Below, one piece after another: positions 1 to 7,560 of a stretch of DNA of 64,000 nt. The notes below the pieces were generated by a model that worked only from the letters and a program-made list of their open reading frames with translations, made no database searches and was not told where the DNA came from. Location of the stretch: assembly GCA_045804645.1 (NCBI GenBank), contig JBJMMR010000047.1, positions 37,713 through 101,712 on the forward strand. The letters run 5' to 3'. A program made the position numbers and the translations under genes. How positions within the stretch are numbered: position 1 is the first letter of the stretch; each line of letters begins with the position of its first letter. This DNA comes from Chloroflexota bacterium. GTDB lineage: Bacteria; Chloroflexota; Limnocylindria; Limnocylindrales; CSP1-4.

Positions 1-39
1 CACCTCGAGCACCATAGCGGGACGCGCACTGGAGGCACC

Positions 40-633
40 GTGGGACGTTGGGGCACCGAGTTCGACGCCGATCGGTTGGCGACGCTCGAGACGCGGATGT
101 GGAAGGCCTACTACCGACGCCAGCCGGCGCGGCTGTTCGCCTGGCTCGTGTTCGCTCTGCGCGAACAGGCCCGGGCGTCGTGGCCGACGGCACTGATCGC
201 CAGCGTGCTCCTCACACGCGCGGCGGCTGGCTTCGCGAGGGCGTCGGGCGACTACGACCGATACGCGGGCGACATCGCCCGCGCCTACCGACGGCTCGGG
301 CTTCCCGGGAACGTCGACGCAGAGGACGTCGCCAAGCGAGAGCTGCGGTGGTGGGTCGTTCGGCGCGAGATCGGGCTTGCGGCGGGTGTCGCCGCGGGGG
401 ATGCGATCACGCGGCTGTATTCCGCGATCTACGAGGTCCCCGAGGCCGCGGTCGCCGAGGCGGGGCGCCTGCGTGGGCTGGCGGCTGAAGTGCGCGATCG
501 TGGCGCGACTGCCGACCCGGATGGGCCGAAGGGTTCGGGTCGGGCCTACTGGCCGGAGGTCGCGCGGCTGTTGCGCGACTCGTATCGATCGTTGAAGGCG
601 GCCGTCAGCGATCCTCGGGGCGACGGCCGATGA
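40..633 (+). CDS. hypothetical protein (helical, no family recognised)
   Basis: 197-aa ORF with a GTG start 5 nt after GGAGG and strong G/C at third codon positions. The frame stays open to the window edge, so an upstream start cannot be excluded. Confidence 0.6.
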   Translation: MGRWGTEFDADRLATLETRMWKAYYRRQPARLFAWLVFALREQARASWPTALIASVLLTRAAAGFARASGDYDRYAGDIARAYRRLGLPGNVDAEDVAKRELRWWVVRREIGLAAGVAAGDAITRLYSAIYEVPEAAVAEAGRLRGLAAEVRDRGATADPDGPKGSGRAYWPEVARLLRDSYRSLKAAVSDPRGDGR

Positions 634-1243
634 ACCACCACGCGGCGGGGAAGATGCCCGCGGCGACGACGAGCTTGGCGGCGTCCCAGATGAGGAACTT
701 CGTCATGCCGGCGGAAACGGCGGTCTCCCACGGGATGCCGGTCGTCACCTTGAGCCACGGGACGCCGATCGCGTAGATCACCGCGGTCCCGATGGCCATC
801 GCCGCGAGCGAACCACCGATGTGTCGATCCCAGCCGAGCTCGGCCAGCCGGCCGACGATCGCGGCGGCGACGACGAACCCGATCAGATATCCGCCGGTCG
901 CGCCCAGGATCCTGGCGACGCCTGAGTCGCCCTCGGCGAACACCCCGACCCCGAGGGCACCGATCGCGAGATACAGCAACAGGGCGAGTCCACCGCGGCG
1001 GAACCCGAGCGCTCCGCCGACGACCAGCACGCCGAACGTCTGGCCGGTGAAGGGCACGGGTACCGTCGGGATCACGACCTGGGCGGACAGCGCGACGATC
1101 AGCGCGCCGGCGACGATCAACGCGACGTGTCTGACGCGCGTCGGGGTGCGCTCGGCCACGGCGACCGGGACCAGGAAGTCTGCGAGGGTGATGCCGCGAT
1201 CAGCGGCGGTGCTTCGGTCGAGTCGCGGCAGGGCGATCGTCAA
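605..1243 (-). CDS. bioY: biotin transporter BioY
   Basis: 212-aa polytopic membrane protein with BioY-type motifs (PVPFTGQTFGVLVVG, GGYLIGF). TTG start 6 nt after GGAG. Confidence 0.85.
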   Translation of the reverse strand: MTIALPRLDRSTAADRGITLADFLVPVAVAERTPTRVRHVALIVAGALIVALSAQVVIPTVPVPFTGQTFGVLVVGGALGFRRGGLALLLYLAIGALGVGVFAEGDSGVARILGATGGYLIGFVVAAAIVGRLAELGWDRHIGGSLAAMAIGTAVIYAIGVPWLKVTTGIPWETAVSAGMTKFLIWDAAKLVVAAGIFPAAWWFIGRRPEDR

Positions 1244-1402
1244 GCGAGGCTCCGAAGGCAGGTCGTCGGGGGGCGCGACCTCGCGGCGAGTCTAGCATCC
1301 TGCTTCGGCGCGAACCGGCTGGTCAGCCTCCGGTCCGATCGTCGACCAGGCCCGTGGCGGGCCCTGTCCGCGCATGGCGGGCCTGTCCGTGCGTGCGAAG
1401 GG

Positions 1403-1930
1403 CTATCCGCAGCGGTCGGCGAACAGGACCGTCCACATCTTCCGGCCGTCGGAGGCCTTGTAGGCGCCGACGCCGATCGCTTCCCAGCGCGCCTTGAGGA
1501 TGGTGCGGCGATGGCCGGATGACGCCAGGAACATCTCGTGGATCGCCTCGGGCGCGGCCGCGTCGGCGTCCGTGTCCCAGCCGATGTTCTCTCCCGCCAG
1601 CTCGTAGCAGTACCCGTTCGCATCGAGACGCCGGAACACGTTGCCCACGTCGGGGATGTCGTGGCTGAAGTACCCGCGCTCGACCATGTCGCGGCTCCGC
1701 CATCGGGCGACGGAACTCAGCGCTGCGTCGACGTTCAGCGGATCGACGCCGGCCGCCTCCCGCGTGTCTTCGGTGAGCGCGATCAACGTCCGCTCGGCCG
1801 TCGAGCTGAACGCGCCGCTGTCCCAGGCCTGAGCGACCTTGGGCTGGACGAGCGCAAGCAGGAATCCGACGACGGGCAGCATGAGGAGGCCGGCTCGAAC
1901 GGGGAACGATGGAGTGAGTGCCGAGAGCAT
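1403..1930 (-). CDS. secreted CAP/SCP (YkwD-like) domain protein
   Basis: N-terminal signal-like helix followed by CAP-domain motifs (YFSHD, GENIGW, SSGHRRTIL, IGVG). Confidence 0.8.
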   Translation of the reverse strand: MLSALTPSFPVRAGLLMLPVVGFLLALVQPKVAQAWDSGAFSSTAERTLIALTEDTREAAGVDPLNVDAALSSVARWRSRDMVERGYFSHDIPDVGNVFRRLDANGYCYELAGENIGWDTDADAAAPEAIHEMFLASSGHRRTILKARWEAIGVGAYKASDGRKMWTVLFADRCG

Positions 1931-2158
1931 CGGATCGGGCGACCTCCACGACCCGTCGGCGGATGCGCGCCGGGCATGTCGATGAGGTGACGACGGTAGG
2001 TCGTCGGTCCTGATGGGTCCCCCCGGCGAAGGTCCCAGCTACCCCGTTCACCGAGGTACCGTCGAGCACGCTCTCGGGACCAGAAGTGCAAGCACCTCGA
2101 TATCGAAGCCTCGCGCTCCGACGGGTTCGCGATAGCAGGGCGCGAGCAGTGTCCGGCC

Positions 2159-2539
2159 ATGACGGCACGCAACGCTGGCGCGGACAAGGGACGCCTTCGA
2201 CAGATCTGGCGCGATTACAGCCTGAGCATCGTCGTCGGGATGCTCTTCCTGTCGAGCATGCTTCTGCACACGATCTTCGGTTATTGGCAATACGCCTCCG
2301 ATCAGAGGTCGCACAGCCAGGACCCGACGCTATGGGGACCCGATGGGTACGTCGTGTACTTCGGTGAGTGGACGTTCCAGAACTGGCAGTCCGAGTTCCT
2401 CGAGGTCCTGCTCCTCATCGTGGCGACCAAGTACTTCATCCACAGGGGCAGCCCGGAGTCGCGCGACGGGCAGGACGAGATGCAGCAGGCGATCGAGCGG
2501 ATCGAGAAGAAGCTCGACGCCATGGAGAAGGCGCGATGA
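2159..2539 (+). CDS. small membrane protein, DUF6766-like
   Basis: 126 aa with a TM helix and the segment FQNWQSEFLEV...HRGSPESRD, which resembles the DUF6766 signature (ENWESEFLQ...GSaESK). Its stop overlaps the next start (ATGA at 2536-2539). Confidence 0.65.
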   Translation: MTARNAGADKGRLRQIWRDYSLSIVVGMLFLSSMLLHTIFGYWQYASDQRSHSQDPTLWGPDGYVVYFGEWTFQNWQSEFLEVLLLIVATKYFIHRGSPESRDGQDEMQQAIERIEKKLDAMEKAR

Positions 2540-5001
2540 CCCAGGATCTTTCGTCGATCCCTTCGACTCCGGACCCGGCGTCGCCCAGCGCGACGCGCGA
2601 CAGCATCACGGACATCTGGGGGCCGCGAACGCCCCACCTTGGCGAGTGGCCGGTCCGGGTCGATTCGCGCATGCACCGCGAGGCCGACCACTGGGTTCGC
2701 TCGGTCTGCGTCCTCTGTTCGACGGGCTGCGGCATGGAGGTCGGCGTAGCCGACGGCCAGATCGTCGGCGTCCGCGGCCTCGCGACCGACCGCGTCAACC
2801 ACGGTCGGCTCGGACCTAAGGGGCTTCACGCGTGGGAGGCCAACAACAGCCCCGATCGGCTCACCCAGCCGCTGATCCGCGAGGACGGCGGGCTGCGGCC
2901 CGCGACCTGGGACGAGGCGATGGGGCGCATCGTCGAACGGTCCAAGCATGACCTCGAGACGTACGGGCCCGGGTCGCACGGCTTCTACAACACCGGCCAG
3001 ATGTTCCTCGAGGAGTACTACACGCTCGCGATGATCGCGGACGCGGGCATCGGGACGAACCACCTCGATGGCAACACGCGCCTCTGCACCGCAACGGCGG
3101 CGACCGCCCTCATCGAGTCCTTCGGGACCGACGGTCAACCGGGCTCGTATACGGACTTCGACCTCACCGATGCCGTCTTCCTCGTCGGGCACAACATGGC
3201 GTCGACCCAGACGGTCCTGTGGTCGCGGGTCCTCGATAGACTCGAGGGCCCGCGACCGCCACGGTTGATCGTGGTCGACCCTCGCCCCACCGTCCCGGCA
3301 CGTCGCGCCGATGTCCACCTCGCGCCTCGACCGGGGACGAACCTGCCGCTCCTCAACGGGCTGCTGCGGATCATCATCGAGAAGGGCTGGATCGACAGCG
3401 CCTTCATCCGCGACCACACCGTCGACTTCGAGACGGTCGTCGAGACGACGAGCCCGTGGACGCCGAGGGCGGTCGCAGACGTCACCAACGTTCCCGAGTC
3501 GAAGCTCCAGGCGGCCGCGGAGATCCTCGGGACGACGGAATCACTCGTCTCGACGTGCCTGCAGGGCGTCTATCAGTCGCTCCAGGCGACCGCGAGCGCC
3601 GTGCAAGTCAACAACCTCCACATCATCCGCGGCCTCCTCGGGAAGCCCGGCTCGACCGTCTTCCAGATGAACGGCCAGCCGACGGCCCAGAACACGCGCG
3701 AATGCGGAGCGAACGGCGAGTTCATCGCGTTCCGAAACTGGCAGAACCCCGACCACGTCGCCGAGCAGGCGCGGATCTGGAACGTCGAGCCCAGCAAGCT
3801 GCCGACGTGGACCCCACCGACGCACGCGATGGAGATCTTCCACTTCGCGGAAGCCGGTTCGATCCGGTTCATGTGGATCATCTGCACGAACCCGGCGGTC
3901 TCACTTCCCGAGGTCGAACGGATCAGGAAGATCCTCGCGCGCGAGGACCTGTTCGTCGTCGTGAGCGACGCGTTCCTTACCGAGACGGCGAAGCTCGCCG
4001 ATGTCGTCCTGCCCGCGGCGATCTGGGCCGAGAAGACGGGCTGTGCCACCAACGTCGACCGGACCGTCCACCTGTCCGAGAAGGCGATCGAACCGCCCGG
4101 TGATGCCCGCTCGGATCTCGACATCTTCCTTGACTACGCGAACCGGATGGCCTTCAAGGACAAGGACGGCGAGCCGCTCATCAAATTCCGCGACGCCGAA
4201 AGTGCCTTTGACGCCTGGCGCGCTACCTCGCGCGGACGGCCGTGCGACTACTCGGCGATGACCTACGAGCGACTGCGAGGACCGAGCGGCATCCAGTGGC
4301 CGTGCACGGACGAGTATCCAGACGGCAAGGAGCGGCAATACGAAAACGGCGTCTTCAACACGTCCGCCGCCTATTGCGAGACTTACGGCCACGACCTGAT
4401 GACCGGCGCCGCGATCGAGCCAGCCCAGTACGCCGCGCGCGACCCGGGTGGCCGGGCGATCATCAAGGGCGCCGAATACGTGCCGCCGCCCGAGGAGCCC
4501 GACGAGGACTACCCGTTCCTGCTCACGACGGGGCGGGTCACCCATCACTTCCACACGCGGACCAAGACAGCCCGCTCCCCCGCCCTGCAGGCCGCCGCGC
4601 CCGAAGCGTTCGTGGAGATCGCCGATGTCGACGCGGTCCGACTCGGGATCGAGGAGGGCGACGCCGTCGAGGTCGCGTCACGTCGCGGTCGGGTCGTGGT
4701 GCCCGCCCGTCTGACGGGCGTGGAGCCCGGCGTCGTGTTCATCCCGTGGCACTACGGCGACGACTCGACCGCCGATACACCGACGGCCGCGAACCGCCTC
4801 ACGATCACCGGCTGGGACCTTGTCAGCAAGCAGCCCCATTTCAAGTACGCGGCCGTCGCGCTCCGCCCGGTCCGCCGGCCGATGGAGCTCGAACGGACCG
4901 GCGCCGGAGCGGCTGTCGCAGGGTCCAACGGCCACCGTGCGGAGCCCGCCGTTCCCGCGGGCGCCGGCACGCCGACGGCGAGCGAGGTGACCAAACGATG
5001 A
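2536..5001 (+). CDS. molybdopterin oxidoreductase, assimilatory nitrate reductase/formate dehydrogenase-like
   Basis: N-terminal CxxCxxxC Fe-S motif (CVLCSTGCG), a Mo-ligand-type Cys context (NTRLCTATAA), MopB-like core and C-terminal beta-barrel-like region. I chose the internal ATG at 2536 (ATGA overlap) over the track start at 2368. Confidence 0.9.
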   Translation: MTQDLSSIPSTPDPASPSATRDSITDIWGPRTPHLGEWPVRVDSRMHREADHWVRSVCVLCSTGCGMEVGVADGQIVGVRGLATDRVNHGRLGPKGLHAWEANNSPDRLTQPLIREDGGLRPATWDEAMGRIVERSKHDLETYGPGSHGFYNTGQMFLEEYYTLAMIADAGIGTNHLDGNTRLCTATAATALIESFGTDGQPGSYTDFDLTDAVFLVGHNMASTQTVLWSRVLDRLEGPRPPRLIVVDPRPTVPARRADVHLAPRPGTNLPLLNGLLRIIIEKGWIDSAFIRDHTVDFETVVETTSPWTPRAVADVTNVPESKLQAAAEILGTTESLVSTCLQGVYQSLQATASAVQVNNLHIIRGLLGKPGSTVFQMNGQPTAQNTRECGANGEFIAFRNWQNPDHVAEQARIWNVEPSKLPTWTPPTHAMEIFHFAEAGSIRFMWIICTNPAVSLPEVERIRKILAREDLFVVVSDAFLTETAKLADVVLPAAIWAEKTGCATNVDRTVHLSEKAIEPPGDARSDLDIFLDYANRMAFKDKDGEPLIKFRDAESAFDAWRATSRGRPCDYSAMTYERLRGPSGIQWPCTDEYPDGKERQYENGVFNTSAAYCETYGHDLMTGAAIEPAQYAARDPGGRAIIKGAEYVPPPEEPDEDYPFLLTTGRVTHHFHTRTKTARSPALQAAAPEAFVEIADVDAVRLGIEEGDAVEVASRRGRVVVPARLTGVEPGVVFIPWHYGDDSTADTPTAANRLTITGWDLVSKQPHFKYAAVALRPVRRPMELERTGAGAAVAGSNGHRAEPAVPAGAGTPTASEVTKR

Positions 5002-6155
5002 CCACGCTCCCCGCCGGCCGGACTCGGAGCGCGATCGAGCGAGCTGGCCCGCCGTCGCCGGGCCCGAGCGCGCCAGCAGCCGATCCGCCGACAGCCGTCA
5101 AGCTCCAGGTCGCGACGTTCCTCGGCATGGTGAAGGCGACCGAGGAGCAGCTCCTCGACGCGTTTGCTCTCGTCGCAGAGCGGCACGAACGCAACTACGA
5201 GCTTTCGCGCGGCGCGGCGACCTGTGCCCTCTGGTCGCGCCGCCACCTCGAGTGGCTGAAGCCCTTCGAGAAGGCCTACGGCGCGGCGCCGAGCGAAAAC
5301 GCCGAGATGCTTCGGTCGGCGTTGCTGTCCGGGACGAGGCCCGGCATCGTCGGCGAGATCCTGGACCTATCCGATCTCGCCGTGCTGGCAGAGCGGGCGG
5401 ACATGACCTGGACGGTCCTGTACCAGGGGGCGCGCGAGATCCACGATCCGGGACTCGAGGAGCTCGCAGGCCGTGCACGCGACCACAACAAACGCCAGAT
5501 CTCCTGGATCCGGACGCAGATCAACCACGTGGCGCCGGATGCGCTCGCGGTGCCGCTGGACCCGGTCGATCAGGCGGCGATCAGCCTGCCCAAGCGCATA
5601 ACCGCCATCTCGTCGATCCCGGACTCCCTGTGGGTGCCGCTCATGTCGGCCGCGCTCGTCCTCGTGGTCGGCCTATTGGGGCTCGCGACCGGGCGTCCGT
5701 GGTTGGGACCCAGCCTCGGCCCCACCATCATCCTCGTCACGATGTTGCCGGCCCACCCGACATCCCGCGCCTGGAACATCGTCGCTGGGCACTTGATCGG
5801 TCTGGCGGCGGGACTCGCGGCCGTCGCCCTGCTCAGCGCGCAGTCCGCTCCGAACCCGATCGAGACCGGACAGCTCGAACCGGTGCGGGTCGCGGCAGCG
5901 ACACTCGCGATCCTGCTGACATCTCTCGGCGGCATCATCACCCGCTCATCGCATCCGCCGGCCGCCGCGACGACACTGCTCGTCGCGCTCGGGTCGATCG
6001 CGAAGCCCGAGCAGGTCCTCGCGACGATCGTCGGCGTGCTCATCGTCGCGGTCGCCGGTGAGGCCGTGCGCCGCTACCGCCTCGATCGGCCCACGCCGGC
6101 TGAGCGGATGGCGCCGCCCTCATCGGCCGCTCGCGTGAAGCTTCGCGGTGCCTAG
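4998..6155 (+). CDS. fusion protein: unknown helical N-terminal domain plus C-terminal HPP-family membrane domain
   Basis: ATG at 4998 overlaps the upstream stop (ATGA). The C-terminal half has 4-5 TM segments with HPP motifs (GPSLGPT, AGHLIGL, SSHPPAAAT). The N-terminal ~190 aa are soluble and helical. The track ORF start at 4242 is alternative-frame read-through. Confidence 0.8.
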   Translation: MTTLPAGRTRSAIERAGPPSPGPSAPAADPPTAVKLQVATFLGMVKATEEQLLDAFALVAERHERNYELSRGAATCALWSRRHLEWLKPFEKAYGAAPSENAEMLRSALLSGTRPGIVGEILDLSDLAVLAERADMTWTVLYQGAREIHDPGLEELAGRARDHNKRQISWIRTQINHVAPDALAVPLDPVDQAAISLPKRITAISSIPDSLWVPLMSAALVLVVGLLGLATGRPWLGPSLGPTIILVTMLPAHPTSRAWNIVAGHLIGLAAGLAAVALLSAQSAPNPIETGQLEPVRVAAATLAILLTSLGGIITRSSHPPAAATTLLVALGSIAKPEQVLATIVGVLIVAVAGEAVRRYRLDRPTPAERMAPPSSAARVKLRGA

Positions 6156-6660
6156 CGTCCCCACGACCTCATTCCAGCAGCGAGGTTGGGTCGGCCGGAG
6201 CGAGAACCTCCCGGCGGCCTCGACCCTCGACCTCATCTCGGACAAACCGAACCGATGGAACGCGGAGGGGGAGCCGACGATCTACGTCAGCGGCGATCCG
6301 GGTCTCGCGCTCGTCGAGTGCGGACGCCATCCGTCGGACCTCGAAGACGGCGTCAAGCTATTCGAGATGGATCTCCGGATCTCCCGGGCGATCGATCTTC
6401 GCGACCGCGACATCCGCGCCGAACTGTCACTCCCCGGGGACCTGTATTGGATCCTGCATCGCGAGCGCACCCAGGAGGTCGGCCGAACGCTGCGGCGCTC
6501 GGGCCGGTGCGACGCGCTGATCGTTCCGAGCGCCGGCGCCATCGACGGACCGGAACGCTACAACGTGGTGGTCTTCGCGGACGACCGGGACCGGATCCCC
6601 GACCTTGTCGCCGACCTGCGTCCCGTCGGTGAAGTCCGGCTCAGCGTCGTTCGCGCCTGA
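6148..6660 (+). CDS. RES-domain protein (NAD+-targeting toxin family)
   Basis: 170 aa with the RES triad contexts NRWN (Arg), ALVECG (Glu) and IVPSAG...YNVVVF (Ser). The only in-frame start is GTG at 6148, which overlaps the HPP gene by 8 nt. Confidence 0.8.
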   Translation: MPSVPTTSFQQRGWVGRSENLPAASTLDLISDKPNRWNAEGEPTIYVSGDPGLALVECGRHPSDLEDGVKLFEMDLRISRAIDLRDRDIRAELSLPGDLYWILHRERTQEVGRTLRRSGRCDALIVPSAGAIDGPERYNVVVFADDRDRIPDLVADLRPVGEVRLSVVRA

Positions 6661-6918
6661 CGTCCGCCGACTCGCCAGAGCGCGAGCGCCGCATCGGCGA
6701 GAGGAACACGATCGGGGCGGTCGAGCGGGCGCCGGCGTCGGGCAGCCGGCCCAGGGGCATACCGATGTGTGGTTGCCCTGAGCGCGGAGCTGCCGTCACG
6801 CCGTCGTTCCGCCGCTCTGCTCGACCGCGGCGCTGCCGGATCGAGCTCGGGATAAGCATCGCTCGCCGCCGGATGCAGGAGCGAGCAGCCGGCCGGTGGT
6901 ATCCGTCACGGTCGTATG

Positions 6919-7491
6919 TCAGGCGACACGGCGCATCGGCCGACGCCGTTTCTGCGACCGCGCCGATGCGTTCTGCCGCCGTCGGATGCCATCCTCGATC
7001 ATCGACGCCGCCTTCCGCCGACCGAACGTTCCGGTCGGGCGATAGGTCTTGCCGGTCGCCTCGTTGTACGAGACGAAGAAGTGCGTGATCTCGTCGACGA
7101 GGGCCTGCGGAAGCTCACTCAGGCGGCGGATCTTCGCGTACTCGGTCGATTTGGTCGCGACCGCGACGAGGCGGGGATTCGAGGACGTCCGGCCCGACCG
7201 CCCGGTCTGCTGACCGTCGATCACGCCGACGAGTCGCGCGCGAACGACGCATCCGGGGAACGTCGGTGTTTCCAGCAGCACCAAGACGTCGAGCGGGTCG
7301 CCGTCGTCGGCCAGCGTCGAAGGAACGAACCCGAAGTCGAACGGGAAGACGGCGCCGGCCGGCAGTTGCTTGCCGAGTCGGAAGGTGCCGCTGTCCGGCT
7401 CGAAGCTGAACTTGTTCCGGCTACCGCGCGGCGTCTCGATCACGGCGTTGAGCCGCCCCGCACTGTGGAACGCCGGCAGTCGATGGAGCAT
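6919..7491 (-). CDS. ppa: inorganic pyrophosphatase (family I)
   Basis: Motifs VIETPRGSRNKF, FPFDFGFVP, DGDPLDVLVL. Confidence 0.9.
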   Translation of the reverse strand: MLHRLPAFHSAGRLNAVIETPRGSRNKFSFEPDSGTFRLGKQLPAGAVFPFDFGFVPSTLADDGDPLDVLVLLETPTFPGCVVRARLVGVIDGQQTGRSGRTSSNPRLVAVATKSTEYAKIRRLSELPQALVDEITHFFVSYNEATGKTYRPTGTFGRRKAASMIEDGIRRRQNASARSQKRRRPMRRVA

Positions 7492-7560
7492 GCGTCCACG
7501 TTGGCGGACCTGACGCTGCCTGCACGACCGATCCCGCCGTGCTCGGCTCTCAACCGTCTG

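Noticed and set aside
1931-2158. A Moco or other riboswitch upstream of the molybdoenzyme operon.
   Set aside because: I found only a simple hairpin (CGACGAC-N5-GTCGTCG) and none of the conserved Moco-motif blocks. A covariance-model scan would be needed to revisit this.
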